DNA of 63,877 nt from Schmidtea polychroa (GCA_044892525.1 CM097886.1:126666124-126730000), one strand, 5' to 3'. Shown: positions 49,923 through 63,877, counted from the first letter of the stretch. A program made the numbers and translations. The notes: generated by a model not told the origin, from the letters alone.

Positions 49923-51479
49923 CACTAGAGCCTCGAGTTGCGTTGTCCCAACTTGCGTCCTTTCGAGTTGCGCCAAAAAAACTTTCGATACCCTAATTTT
50001 GAGTTGCGTTGCTAATTTTCGAAATGCGTCGAAAAAAAGTTTTAAAATAAAATTTAATCAAAAAATAGCATAACGTCTATATTCAAAAATTAAACTTTAA
50101 ACCGAAACTAGAATGCCATGATTTATTTTTAAATGCAGCTGCAAATGAAATAATTTTTTATTGTGTATTTATTAGTATAAAAGTCTAGTTCTTAGTTCTT
50201 AAAACCATTGTTAGTTTATCAGGCTGAGAATCCTAGAGCTCTAAAAGGTGTTGATAAAAGAAATCTTCCTGTGCATTGGTGATCAAATAAAAAAGCTTGG
50301 GTCACTGTTCTTTGTTTGTTGATTGGTTGGTCAAATGCGCCATTCCTGAGTTCAAAAACTATTGCAAACGGGAAAATTTAACTTTTAAAATATTGGTATT
50401 ACTGGATAATGCACCAGGACATCCAACATATATAGATGATCTATCAGATAATGTAAAACTTTTATTTATGCCTCCAAACACAACTTCACTTATTCAACCA
50501 ATGGATCAAGGAGTAATTTCAAATTTTAAGTCATACTATATTCGCCGGACATTTAAACAGCTACTGCATGCTGCCGATGCAAATGAAGAAACTTCTATGG
50601 CTGTATTTTGGAAAAACTACAATGTATTGAAAGCTGTTAAAAATATTGGTGATTCTTGGGCAGAAGTAAAATTCTCTTGTATGAATGGTGTATGGCAAAA
50701 AATATGGCCAGAATGTACAGCAACTTTTACGGAAGTTGACGATGTGCCATTAGTTAACTTAGCCCAAGAAGCTCATTTCGAAGGATTGGACGAGGCCGAT
50801 TTCGATGAAATTTTAAATGTAGAAGAGGATTTTGATGTTAGTACTGCAGATTTAATTGAAATGGCTCAAAATATTTATGAGAATGCCGACAATTCCGTAG
50901 AAGTACCAGAAGTGAAACAATTAACAACAAAGGGTATGGGGAAAGCAATTAAATTAATATCTGAGGCATTAGAAATATTTGTTGCAGAAGATCCAGATAC
51001 TGATCAAAGTACAAAGGTTACTCAAGCTGTAGAGGCCTCCATCAGCTGTTATAAAAAAATTTATTTGGATAAAAAACAAAAGGCAGTTCAAATAACTCTG
51101 AATAATTTTATAATAAAACAACCAAAAGAAAAGCAAACGCCAAGTCCTGAACCAACGTATGAATAAGAAACTGAATAAATTCTATAAATTTATGTTGCTT
51201 CATTATTTTACATTATTTTAAAATTCTATTAATGTTTTCATTAGTTTTTGGTTTAATAAAACTTATTAAATAATAGTTAATCTATTCATACCTATTTTTT
51301 ATTTAAATATGTAGCAATATAACTAATTTTTTTTTAAAAACATGGATTTCAGATTTTATCGGAACCTATTATATAAAAACAAATACAAATGTATACAAAA
51401 TTAAAATTCGAATTGCGTTGTTTCGAGATGCGTCGCGATTTATTGGAACGCATTAACGACGCAACTCGAGGCTCTAGTG
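49923..51479 (+). mobile_element. Internally deleted pogo/Tigger DNA transposon
   Basis: 21-bp TIR CACTAGAGCCTCGAGTTGCGT at both ends with TA TSD; DDE_1 portion KAWVT, LLDNAPGHP, MPPNTTSLIQPMDQGVI; N-terminal DNA-binding domain missing. Confidence 0.93.
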
Positions 51480-51495
51480 TATTATTTCTTTTATT

Positions 51496-51649
51496 TGTTT
51501 CGGGCAGTGATGTTGCCTATTTTCTTATTATTTAAAATTGGGTTTAGTATACATCAAAATTGGTCTCGCTAAAAAAATGCAATTTATTCTTTAAGAAGCA
51601 AAGAAATATTTGAATTTTCATCACCTATTGGTTTATCCTCTTGCGTCAA
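51496..51649. repeat. ~150-bp direct repeat, copy 2
   Basis: Matches 48264-48414. Confidence 0.8.
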
Positions 51650-52379
51650 TTTCTTTTCAATCGGTAATGTGAGTTAATTAATAATTTATAAAATTTTAAA
51701 TATGAAATTATTTTAAAAACAGTCATAGAGACATTAATGATATAAAAATGCACTGTGATACACAAAATGAAGGTTAATAACTCATTGAATTTAATGAAAT
51801 ATTCATCAAGCATTCAATTTTTAATCCTTGGGTATTGCCTTTTTCATCTTTTATTATTCCCTCCTACTAATAAATAGCTTTTGGTCTGTTATTATTCGCT
51901 ATACTAAGATTCCGTGTAATGATTAGTACTTCACTCCTAGTAATTTATCCGTTTATATTCTTCCATAAATTAACTGTAGGGAAACGAAACTAATTTGCAT
52001 AAAGTTTTTATTGAATACGACATTGAAAGAGATCATAGAAATATTTGATCCAGCAGTCTATGTTCCCATGAAAGCATCTGGCGAATTATTACGAATTATT
52101 ACTGTTTGTCCACAACCAGCGAAACTATTCGTAATTTCCGATGATGAAGATGTTCATTCATCAAATGACGAAAATAATGTTCAATATGGTGGTTCTAATG
52201 AACCTTTAATTAAATTTAATTTGAATAAGGCGCATGCAATTATTAAAATGGTTTCGTTAAATTTAAATGAATTAATTATCCCTGCACCATTATTAACTAA
52301 ATTAAATTCTGTTATATTCGAAATAAATATGTTAAAATTCTATTTTACATTGATGTAGAATTTGAAAAAGATGGACAAT

Positions 52380-53065
52380 TTTAGTCTTTTATAATATCTA
52401 ATTTGGCGAAACTCATGAGTGATACCTTTTTAGATGACATCATTGCTCTTTTGAATGAAAAAATAACTCAAGTCTGCGAAAATGGTAGCAACTGGTCAAT
52501 TAAGTATTGATACTCCTACTAAATTATCCTTAAAATGTTGTAAGGTTAATGTTAAAAACACTGACGATATGTGTTTCATCTGTAGTATTTTGAAGAGTTA
52601 CAAAAATATCGCAACGAATTCAACTGTAAAATTAATATCGTTGCAGCTGATACGGATTCATTTTTCCTTGAAGTAATTAATTGTAAACTTGATATTCTTT
52701 TTCCAGCCATGATCAGAGATAATTTGCTTGACGCTTCTAATTATGACACAAATCATCCATTTTACAGTAGTAACCTTGATTCTGTCATTGGAATGTTCAA
52801 AGACGAGAATAAAGGGCCTAAATATAAGGAGTGAGATTTTCTCAGACATAAGTGCTATAGTGTGGTAGGTGATGACGATATATAAAACATAAAAACATAA
52901 AACATCAGTCATATCTAAATTGTTATAATACTAACCAAATTTTTTATATACCGCAAACTAAAATAACTAGCAAAAATCACCAGCGATTCACCATAAAAAA
53001 ACTGCACTTACCAACGCAGATGATAAACGCAAAAATAAAAGTTATGCATATGGGCATTATATAGG
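52380..53065 (+). mobile_element. Maverick/Polinton-type protein-primed PolB remnant
   Basis: Frame-broken motifs ENGSNWSI, VNVKNTDDMCFICSIL, SNYDTNHP...VIGMFKDE, KCYS, KTALTNADDKR, AYGHY. Confidence 0.75.
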
Positions 53066-54738
53066 AGGTGCCTCATTTGCTGTTCAATTATTCGATCCGG
53101 ATCCATCATTCTCGCAATTCAAAGAATGAGCTGAAGATATACCGATGTTATTTAAATAAATCTTTGTTAAAAAATTTGTTTTTATTGATTTTCTTTAGAA
53201 TTAAATGTATAATAAGTTTGACTAATATATTTTTATATTTTGAACATTTTTATCTCAGTATGCGTAAATTAGTAAAAAAAAGTATTAAGAATAACAGATA
53301 AGAATTAATAATTTAAATTTAAACTAAAATAAAATAAATTAAATAACAAAATAAAGAAATAAATAAAGAAATAGAATTATAATAATTAATTAATTAAATA
53401 AAAATAATAATATAAAAGGAAATAATTAATGGAAATATTCGTTAACTTCTGACTAATTATTGAGTAGTAAGGGGGGGTACCAAAATCCGACAGTAAGCTC
53501 ATATATTAAATGATCTTTGTTATCTTTGGGCAACATGGTCGTGGTACTTATATATGGATTTTTGTTGTTAAATTAAATAATTATTAAATTATTAAATTGG
53601 ATAATTTTAAATTTAAATATTTTAAAATTTCACTATTTTAGTTGCTACAATTTAAATTATAATTTTTATAATTTTTGAAGATTAAAATCTTTTTTATTAA
53701 AAAAAATGATTTAATTAATAAATTTGTTCAAAAATCTATAATTTTTATGGTCACTCTATCTTACCTGATGATGACAGGAAAACTGTCGAAATATGTCGTA
53801 AAACGACTGTTGGAATTGCGCTTCCTTATAATTAAATCGTTCCCATGTATGTTTAACTATTTATTTTAATTTATTGATTGAATTTTTTTAATGTTATTTA
53901 TTTTTTTAATATATTGCTTTAATTTATTGTTCTATTGTTATTTAAATTGAATAAAAAATAAAATTTTGAAAAACACAAAATTTTATAGACATTTGCGGCC
54001 CGATGTCAAGATCTCACATGCTCCTTGGTAGCTGAAACTAAACAAGATTTATTTACAAATAAAACCAAATGAAATTTAAACAAACAATAAATTTTATTTA
54101 ATTTATTTTTTTTATTTATTTCATTTTATTTGTCTTTATCTAAACAAATTGTTTTCGACACATTATTACCACTAAAAACTGGGACGCACAAATAGGGGCA
54201 TTTGTATGCGCCTGTTGGAAGGTAACATGGATCCGTAAGCGAGTTCTCTACAAATATATTCTAATTTTGCAATAGACATATGAACGTACTTATAGAACAA
54301 TTGTTGTCCAATGCCGTTAGGCTGCTGACCCGCACGTCACAACAATTAGGATTTATGTGTATCTTTCTCTCTGTCTTTTTTACATTTCTGACAAATGCCC
54401 TGGAAAATTTAATCAAATTAATATTTATTTAACAATATATATATTCCACGTTTTATTATTTTCCCACTTTTCGATGGATATCATTCAATTGTTTTGAAAT
54501 AAACATTGAGAAATATTCAACATGAGCATTTGACACTACAATAAACTCCAATGTAATGTGATCTTATAATGGTCAAACGGAGAATGACTGTTAGTGGCTT
54601 ATTCTTTATTATTCATTATGTTATAAATATTGAACATGAATAATAAACATGAAACCGAAAAAATTGTATAAAAGGATGGCCGATAGGTAGATTTTAAATA
54701 TTTATTTACCTAACCCTCTAAAAGAACACTTGGCGTTA

Positions 54739-54991
54739 TCAAATGAGGGACAAACTTCCTGTGACTGATAATGTATCAAGAGTGACTAAATGGACTGGCG
54801 GAACTCCGTATGGTGTACCAGCGTAGATTAGATTATTCTGACATAATAATAATAATAATATTAAAAGGCAGTGCCGAAAATTTGTGAGTATCAAAAAGCA
54901 TCGATATATTACTGATTTAGTCTTCAAGCTCTCTTTTTAATAAATTCAATGGAAAAAATAATCAGTGGTGAAATTGGAAAAAAATAGTTCT

Positions 54992-55026
<35 letters not shown>

Positions 55027-57850
55027 CCATTTTGAACATTCCAATAAAATTGTTTATCTATATACAGAAGTGCTGAAAAAGGTTCTTCTTGGCTAATTTT
55101 ATGCATTATTGTTGGTTTAGCAGATTGATTGTGAATGCTCAAGCATTTGATAATGCCGAAGGTTGAACTGACCGTTGAAAATTGAAAACCTTGAATGTCA
55201 TTTTTTACCTCTACCCAACAAAGATTTTCTAAAGAACTGTTTTGAAAGTTTATGGCTAAACTGATAGCTTTCGTGTTTAGAGTGAGAAATACTTTATGAT
55301 TCCTTCCATTTAATTCAGCAACTTCGATTCTCGGATTTGGATAGTCATTAACGATCCAGAACATTTTCCTACAATAGTTTGTTTCAGTTAGCTGGGAAAC
55401 ATTAACAATTTACCTGGATGCCTGGTGAACAACGATCGGACCCGGGGAATAATTTTCCAATGAAATGATGGTTTTACTGATATTGAAATCGAGATTGAGC
55501 AAACCAATTCTGCCGCGATAACTATCTGCAAAATAAACATTTCCCGTAGTTTCATCTATTGCCATTCCCATAACTTTTCCTAGATTTGATAAATGGGTGG
55601 AAACGTTTGAAAAGTTTCCTTTGCTAGCAGATTTAATACTCATTCCATTGTCTGCCGCCCAAACCAATCGGTTTCTAACGCAATCTCCCACAATTGATGT
55701 AATGATGCCAGTCACTTCTAATAATAAGAAAGCAACAGGATAAATTAATATTAAATAGATCTTATTGTAATGGCTAACCATTGTTCTTGGCAATCTCGAT
55801 GTACTGTATCACTGAGACGTTCTGGTCAATTTTGTGACTGATTATGGACTCCCCCATGCTCATCCACAACGTGATTCTACTTTCTCTCTTTACTGTGGTC
55901 TCTTTTAAAATTTGTCAGTTGCAATAACATATAATTTACTCTTGCATTTGTTATCAATCAGAGAATATCCGGGATCACATGTACATTTCCCATTTAGTAA
56001 ATGACTACCGAACTGATTCTCCACCATGAATGGTTCACAGAACGAGTTTCTTCCACATATCTCGATGCTGCAGTCAACTAATGGAAATTAAAGTTATTTA
56101 CATTTATATTTTTATTTGTTGTTTAATTAATAAAATATTTAGTTTTAGATTTGTCAACCATTTCGTAAGGTATTGTCCTAATTAAATCTTTTCTATGATT
56201 CAAATATCTTAATATGCTGCTGGTCGTAATTTATGTAGGAAAAAATATCCTTGAGGACAGGAAAAGTAAATAAAAGGTACACTTAATAACGAAACTTATT
56301 CCTTAACAATTTAAAATAGTGAACCGTACTTCTAGGATCCAAATATGAAGGGACTTAGGTCATTCTTCAGGATATGAAATAATGTTTCATTTATTTTATT
56401 GCTAGTTGTCATACAATTGCATTCAATTTGGTTTTCGCTCAGAATTCCTCTACGGCCCAAAAATATAATAATTAATACCAATAATTAAATCTATATTAAT
56501 TATATACTAAATTAATAAGAATTCCACTAATAAAAATCCATAACATGAAATTTTCTAAACAAATTTTCTGAGATTTAATTTCAGAACTGTGATTCATGCA
56601 AATATTAAATTTTATAATTTCACATATTTTACAAACATCCATTCATACATATTTGAAATTACAATTAGATCTTTGTAAATTTGATTCATTTAATTCATTC
56701 AAACATATCTTAAAATTACAATTTAAAATTTTATAAAATATTTCACAGTAAAACATCATTCATTATGACTCAATCAATAAATTATTTTCTTATCATACAC
56801 AAATATTCATCACCGCATTTATCAAATGTTATAATTAAACTAGATGAAGGCATTAAAAAACATTTGTGTTTCAAAGTAAAATAATTTTTTGATCTATAAT
56901 CATTATGAAAATAAATAAATTATTGAAAGAAAACATATGAAAGAAAGAAAAAAGATGAACAAAAAAATAAAAAAAAACATAATTGGCAAATATTATCTAG
57001 TTATTACAGATGCACGCGTGAAACACAAGCCTAGAATCAACTTTGCCCATGTGACACTGATAATTGCCATCTGACAAATCCTGATTACATTATAGAAAGA
57101 AATAAAATATAGAAAATAAAATGAAATAAAAAATAAATAATAAAAGGTAAATTTTGATTCAATTACCACATTTATAAAAATTTAATTCATATGAAGAAAA
57201 TCTAAAAAGCAAAAGTGGATTTTTGTAAATATCTTACTTTGCCGATAGCAATACAAAATTCCGTCTCCCACAAATCCCGGATCACATAAGCACAAATGTT
57301 GTTGCACGCCTTCAATGATCCTACATGAAGCGTTTGATGCGCACCGCCGAGTTAACAAGCAATTATTGGCTACGATGTGACCCAGTTTATATAATGAATA
57401 AATGTTAAAAATATTACTCTGCTTCCAACAGGTTGTCCCATTGCCAATGAAATGCTTATTACATTCACAGGTTCCATCATTTGAATTGCATTTGGCATTC
57501 ACGTCGCAATGGAAATGCTTGCGGCAATCTTTTACGCATCTATCAATGAAGCTATTAAAATGTTTTAATTTGTGATATATCAAACTTAGATTTAAATTTT
57601 GTGAATCCGGATCTACAGAGACATTGTCCCAGTGTCCTATTGCACATTTCAGAACTCGAGCAAGCCCGGGAGCAGCAATCGACTCCGTTCCCGACATAAT
57701 TACCCAAGCATTTGCAGTTGTCATTTTCGCATCTTGCAAAATTGCTGCACTGACCTTGACAATTTCCGTCAACCAATTTCCTCATCATATCTGGTTCAGG
57801 AAATTCCGAGGAAATGGAATATATAAATTATATAAAGAATTTGTAAATAT
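54739..57850 (-). CDS. EGF-repeat plus YWTD/LDLR-class-B propeller protein (LRP/nidogen-like); multi-exon, boundaries approximate
   Basis: EGF modules CDVNAKC...CECNKHFIGNGTTC and CLCDPGFVGDGILC; propeller repeats MAIDETTGNVYFADS, PGPIVVH, MFWIV..PRIEVAELNGRNHKV. Confidence 0.8.
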
Positions 57851-57912
57851 GTTGTAATTTTTGATAATAACAATTGTTGGGATGTAATTTTCATTTAAAT
57901 TAAATTAATTAA

Positions 57913-58220
57913 TCTAATATATAAATATGAAAGTTTGTTTGTTTGTTACCCATAGAATTCCACACCGTTGGACCTAGGGTGCTGAAAATTTGCATGGGAC
58001 CCTCATTTGCTCCAGGACAGATCATTGGCTATGTTTCAACCCCAGGTGACCACCTCTAGGGTACCCTAACCCTACTTTATCATAAGTGATATATAAATAA
58101 AATTTTTTTAATTAAATTTTAATATATTTTTTAAATTATTTTTTTTTAAATGATTGAATTGAAATAAATTACTTTATTTTGAATCTGTTTGAAATCGTGC
58201 AACGCCGGGTACCCAGCTCG
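57913..58220 (+). mobile_element. Non-autonomous Helitron-like element
   Basis: 5' TCTAATATATAAATATGAAAGTTTGTTTGTTTG after an A; 3' GTGCAACGCCGGGTACCCAGCTCG followed by T (CTAG variant). Confidence 0.6.
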
Positions 58221-58594
58221 TAATTAATAATTATTGATTTTTTAATAATAATAAAAAGCAAAAAAAATTAATGAAATAATTTACTAAAATGATCTGAAAC
58301 AAGTTCACATAATTAAAAAAAAAGTTACTCGAATTGATTCCACCGCATTGATTATCAAAGACGAATTTATTAATATATAAGTCTACGTTATAAACATTGG
58401 TCGAATTTGGAATATAAGTTTTTAAGGATCTCCAACATCTTTCAATTGTATTTGTATGAATAGTTCTATCATCGAAGTTACAATTTCTTCACAAATCATA
58501 ATAATAAATAACAATTAATAAATGAAGTATATTAAAATTTCTAATCCAACGTGTCCTTTCTATTATTAAAACAAATATAATTAGTAAACATTAA

Positions 58595-61300
58595 TTATTG
58601 AACATCACTCTCCTCTTCATTTTTTTTGCATCTTTTCAGCCATTCAATTCTTCTTGATTTGATTGAGTTTGGAAATTGTAATTCAACTTGTCTTGGTGAT
58701 AAGAATTTTAAAATTTTGTAAGGACCCTCATATTGAATTCCCTCCTTCTTTCGACTATGTGGTTCCAAACGAATTAATACTTCCTCTCCCACCATGAATA
58801 CTCGAGTATCTCGTTTGTCTATATTTCTATTTTTCATAGTTGTCGCTGCTTTTTCTAAATTTGTTTTTTTCTTCTCTGTCAATTTCTTCTCTGCATTTTT
58901 GTATGTGTCCTAATCTAGAATAAAAATTAATCTTCCGACCATATACAATTTCAAAAGGTGAAAAGTTTGCCGAGTCTTGTACTGTAGCATTCAAACTAAA
59001 TTCAATCTTTGGTAACAATTTGCACCAATTATTTTCTGTTCTAATATCTGTCAATGATGTTGCCAGCATGTCCCGAACTGTTCTTATTATTCGTTCAGCT
59101 AAACCATTTTATTGATATTGGTATGGTGAACTAAATTCTTGTTTTATACCAAAATTTTTCATCCAATCACGAAACATTGATCCTTCAAAAATTCTTCCTC
59201 TATCTGTAAGAATGCTTTCTGGTCTACCAAACCGATATATCCAATTATTAAGAATGACATTCAAAATCCTTGATTCACACTGTGTACTTGTTGTTGATAA
59301 ACTGACAAATTTACTAAAACGATCTATTATAACTATCATATATTTCTTACTTGCTTTTGTTTCCATATATGCAATGTCCACTACTATCTGTTCTAAAAAC
59401 CGTTCTCCTGTTCTTGGCAATAGGATTTCCTTTGTTCTTCCTTGATCAATCTTTCTACTAGCACAGATCGTGCATTTTATTAATACATTCCGTAATACTC
59501 TGGTTCATGGATGGCCAAAAGAAAAATATTTTAATTAACATAAGGTCTTCTTAATGCCCAGATGGCATAATTCAATATGAAAATAATTTACCAATGTTTT
59601 TACGTACGTGTTAGGTCCCACAACTGCAATTTTTCCATCTGTATTAATCATCAATACGTCTTGTATCTGTAATATTGTTAAATACTTGAAAATATTACTA
59701 CTGATTGTTTCATAAAATATATGAGCCTCATTTCCATTAAGATGTGATATGATTTCTGAAATAATTTTGTCTTCGTTTCGCTTCTGTTTAATAATTTCCA
59801 TAATGTTTGAACTTCCTTGTAGACTATTTATGTACCGAGTTCTACACTTTGTTTCTTTGGCGTCCTTGTGTTTAATCTGACAATGAGTGCATATCGTATT
59901 ATTTAAACGAGACATACCATCTGCATTTCCATGTTCTTCTCCCTTCCTATATTGTAACTCAAAATCGTATTCAGATAAATTTGCCATCCATGTTTGAAAC
60001 TGTAAGTTTATTGTTTTCTTTGTAGTGTTCATAAAAACTAATGCATTGTGATCTGTTCTGGCTACAAATCTTCTTCCATATAAATATTGTCTGAAATGTA
60101 CAATAAACTCGTGGAGTGCCAACAACTCTGTTCTAGTAATACAATATCCCATTTCATGTGTCGTCAAATGTCTTGAACCATATGCTATCACTCCTTCAGT
60201 ACCGTCTTCCTTAATCTGAGATAAAACTGCATCTATGGCTCCAAAACTAGCATCCGTATCAATAATAAATAGTCGATCTGCCCTTGGAAATTCTAATATT
60301 GGTGCTTCACACAAAAGTTTCTTTAAGTTGATAAAACCTTTTCTACATTCTTCAGTTCAAACAATCATTTTATCATTACCTGTCGTTGCTGCATACAAAG
60401 GTGCTGCTATCATTGAATAATTCTTAATAAACCGTCGATAATAATTCGTTAAACCTAAGAATGATCTCAATTCTGTGACACTTTTTGGTTCGGTTGCATT
60501 TTCAATTTCTGAAATCTTTCTTTTATTTGTTTGAATTCCCGGTTCACTCACTGTATGTCCAATGAAATTTAATACGCTTTTATAGAACGCGCATTTCTCA
60601 GGATTAACTTTCAAACCGGCATCTCTAATTCGTGTGAACACTTCAAATAGAAGTTTATCATGAGTTTCCTTATTTTCCGCATATATTAAAATGTCATCAA
60701 GATATACAACCACTACTTTAAAAATTAATCCTTCCAAAATCTGATGCATCAATTTCTGAAAAGTGGCAGGGGCTCTTGAATAAACCAAATGGTAACCTGT
60801 TAAAACAGAATTGCCCCTCTTTTGTACTAAATGCCATCTTCGTTTGGGAATTTTCATGCAATTCTACCTGATAATAGGTCTGACCTAAATCAATTGATGA
60901 AAATACTTTTGACTTACCGAGACAATCCAATAACAACTGCATGTCTGGCATCGGAAATGAAAACTTTTCTGTGACTGAATTTAATAACCTAAAATCTAGA
61001 AACATTCTTATAGAACCATCTCGTTTTTCAACTATCACAAGTGGTGTGTTCCACGGACTCTGACATTTTCTCACAACTCCAGCTTCTAATAAATTCTTTA
61101 CTTACTCTTCAATTTTGCTTTTTAAATGCATGGGCTGTATTCTGGGATTTTGTAAAATCGGAGGACCAGAAGTCGTAATTTCATGTGTTATAACTTTTGT
61201 ATGACCTAAGTTAAAACTGGATGCCATAAAAATGTTGCTAAACTTAGATATTAAAGTTGTACTTTTGTTGTTTAAAGCTTTTTATTGATTTTAATAATAT
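58595..61300 (-). mobile_element. Degenerate Ty3/Gypsy pol (RT, RH, IN)
   Basis: FLDFRLLN, VVYLDDILI, FLGLTNYYRRFI, IDTDASFG, FVARTDHNAL, VVDIAY, ILTDRGRIF, QYEGPY; fragmented by stops and frameshifts. Confidence 0.92.
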
Positions 61301-61628
61301 TTGTTACTCTTTCCTTTTATTTTTTTTAGGTTTGAATACTAACTCTGACTGAGATGATATTTCCAAGAATTGTGAGGAAGTTGATGATAAGAGGATTGCT
61401 AAAGGAGGAGGTATGATAATGAGATCATTCCTTACTCTTTTGGGGGATACATTTTGGATAAGGAACACTTCTTTCCTGCACATATTCTACTTTTTCTTGA
61501 GAATTTACTTAGCTCGAGTGGAACTGTTTATTCTGGGAGCATAACCAGAATTCATTATCATTTTAAACATCAAATAAACTTAAGAAATAATCATCATCAC
61601 TTCCAAATGATTATTTGAGATACTTCAC

Positions 61629-61892
61629 TTATTTCAAAACCAATTTCTGAACTTTTCTTAAAATGGATTTCTTGCAACACCATGGTAAATCCACTTTCTT
61701 CCATAGCTGTTTCAATTCATCATAAATTACTTTGCATCTGGTAACTTTCAATTTGCTTTGTCGTTCTGAAAAAGATTCTTTCGACAACGTGAAAATAATT
61801 ATTGATCTTTTAACGTAGCCATTTCTCCTCTTTGCCAATTTTTCAAATGTTTTCAAGTTTATCGACCACCTTTTGGATATTCTTTTTAACAA
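61629..61892 (-). mobile_element. Possible DNA-transposase N-terminal fragment
   Basis: VIYDELKQLWKKVDLP...ILRKVQKL resembles the lW.ka.iP....i..ki.kl motif seen in several transposase N-termini; no TIR found. Confidence 0.35.
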
Positions 61893-63416
61893 CTGTGGAA
61901 GACTTCTTGAATGACATTGTCTGTAACAAAAAAAGTGCTAGTAGCAATAAAAGTAATAAAAATGACATTTTGTGACTTAATTATATTATTTAATGAAATA
62001 TTTTAAAAACTTATCTGACCAATTTTCGAACAATAACGCACTTAGGTTTAACAGTAAAACAATATTCATTTTATAAAATGGTGTGGGTGGAGAAAGTTTT
62101 GAAGCAGTTTCTAAACCAACATTATAATTGGGGTTCTTACATATAAAATTCTCCATTCCAATTATGTAAATATGGTTGCCAACTTCCACAACCTCGAAGC
62201 CGGGAGATTATAAAATTGCGAACAGTGTAACGCTTAAGAAATAATATAACAGGTGTTTTTTTCACTTTTTATGTTTACACATGTTAGTGATTTTAACTAT
62301 ATGATGACTAATACCATAAATATTTAAACAAAACAATTATTTTTACATATTTTATTTTACATTTTTTACATTTAAAAAGTGAAAAAAACTTGACAGTGAC
62401 AGACTAATGACGTGGATAAGAAGAAAAACATAAAATCACTCGCCGCGAACAAACAACTTAAACTTCCAGTGACTGTGAATCAAATCTTGACTATCATTAT
62501 TTTAGAGAAATCAAATAAAAGTTAAACTTCAAAAACTGCACTTTTTTCTTGAAAAATTGTAAAATATTGTAAAAATGGAAAGACGATTCCGTGAGACTCC
62601 CGGCAAAAAAACTCAAAAAGTAATGAAAAAGTGGGTCTTTTTGTAAGCAGTTTTTGTTTAAATAAATTGTTAAAATTTATTATAATAAAATGTAATTAAC
62701 CACAACTTATCTTTTTAAAAGAAATACGAAAATTAAGAAACTGCAAATTAATTATTACAAATTTGTCTGAGTATTTATTTTAAATTTTTAATATATGATG
62801 TCAAACATGTGATTGACCTTGACATTACTTGTTGATATATTTATAGTAATTATTATGTAAGGATTGTTATGCGAACATTATGTAATAATGTTGAAAAATT
62901 CTTGCATATTTATTGATAATTTGTATTTGAATAAATAAGTTGTTGATTTGCATTTTATCTTTTACAATATTATGAGTCAAATAGTAGATAAAATTGTCCC
63001 TAAAAGGTTGTCAGCCTGGGTAATTTTTTTGAATTTGGCTCTACTTAAGTGGTTGCTTATCACCAATTTACATGATTAAGAGAATTTTAATTTAATTAAT
63101 TATTTTATCTGTTGAATGAAAAAAATTTCCTTACAAAAATATCTTTTTGATTCTTATTTTTCGTTTGGATTACTTTTAACATAATAATTAATTTCAATCG
63201 ATAATCATAAAATTATTATCATACAAAAATATATTAGTCATAAAGTAATAAATTTTAATTATTTAATTTTAAATGAATTTCCTAAAAACTATTTTATAAA
63301 TATTTTAATTTTTTTTTCTTTTAATAAAATTTAATTAATTAATTAATTATTAATTTGAATTAATAATAATTTATACGGATGGTATTTAAATTATTTTCTA
63401 ATTATTATATTTTCAT

Positions 63417-63616
63417 TTTAAACATTTGAATGATAATTTAAGCCTTTTGTTGCGAATAATATATTTAATAAAAATGAAAAAATTTTCGACTATAAGATAG
63501 TCCTTGTCAATTCTTTGTGAAATTGACAAGAACTATCTTATAGTAAAAATTTTTTCATCTGTATTAAATATATTATTCGCAGCAAAAGGCTTAAATTATC
63601 ATTTGATTGTTTAAAA
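63417..63616. repeat. ~200-bp near-perfect foldback palindrome (MITE-like)
   Basis: Arm aatgataatttaagccttttgttgcgaataat...cttgtcaatt is mirrored by aattgacaag...ttcgcagcaaaaggcttaaattatcatt around a ~8-nt loop. Confidence 0.9.
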
Positions 63617-63877
63617 TTTAATTAACGCTGCTACCAAGAAATCATCACTTTATATTTTTTTCATTTATTTTAATATTTCCTTTTTAAAATATAATTTTTA
63701 TATTAATAAGGATAATGAAAATTTTTAAATATTTTTAGTCCCTCAATTCAATATCAAATTTTTGTCTTGTCTTAAAATTATAAATTCAATTATTTATTCG
63801 TCCTTTAGGTTAAATTAATCGGCCAGCTGAACAACGCGACTCCCTGTGAACCGGGTGGTTATTGTATTATTTATTCA

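Overview
AT-rich eukaryotic (metazoan-type) genomic window with two assembly gaps. The host is not identifiable from sequence alone. Host genes: AP2M1 (8 exons), pescadillo/PES1 (3 exons, one GC-AG intron), a RING-finger exon, a GPCR-like multi-pass membrane gene, a putative GPI-anchored Cys-rich gene and an EGF/YWTD (LRP/nidogen-like) gene. Many introns are only about 44-56 bp. Most of the rest is transposon-derived: hAT, piggyBac, pogo/Tigger, Helitron-like, a Maverick PolB remnant and several decayed Ty3/Gypsy elements. The centrepiece is a young, full-length 13.6-kb Ty3/Gypsy element on the minus strand (15880-29478; 1090-bp LTRs, CAAT TSD, tRNA-Phe-like PBS, PPT). It has an unusual order: gag, then an internal signal peptide and chuvirus-G-like glycoprotein, then PR-RT-RH-IN, then a second signal peptide with an FN3-like/Thr-rich single-pass membrane protein. 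A separate downstream ORF carries an apparently catalytically dead REX4/ISG20-like DEDDh domain and ends inside the 3' LTR. A diverged, decayed relative at 41.8-46.0 kb also has the glycoprotein before pol, so the architecture is a lineage trait. All family assignments come from motif recognition by eye; no database searches were run.
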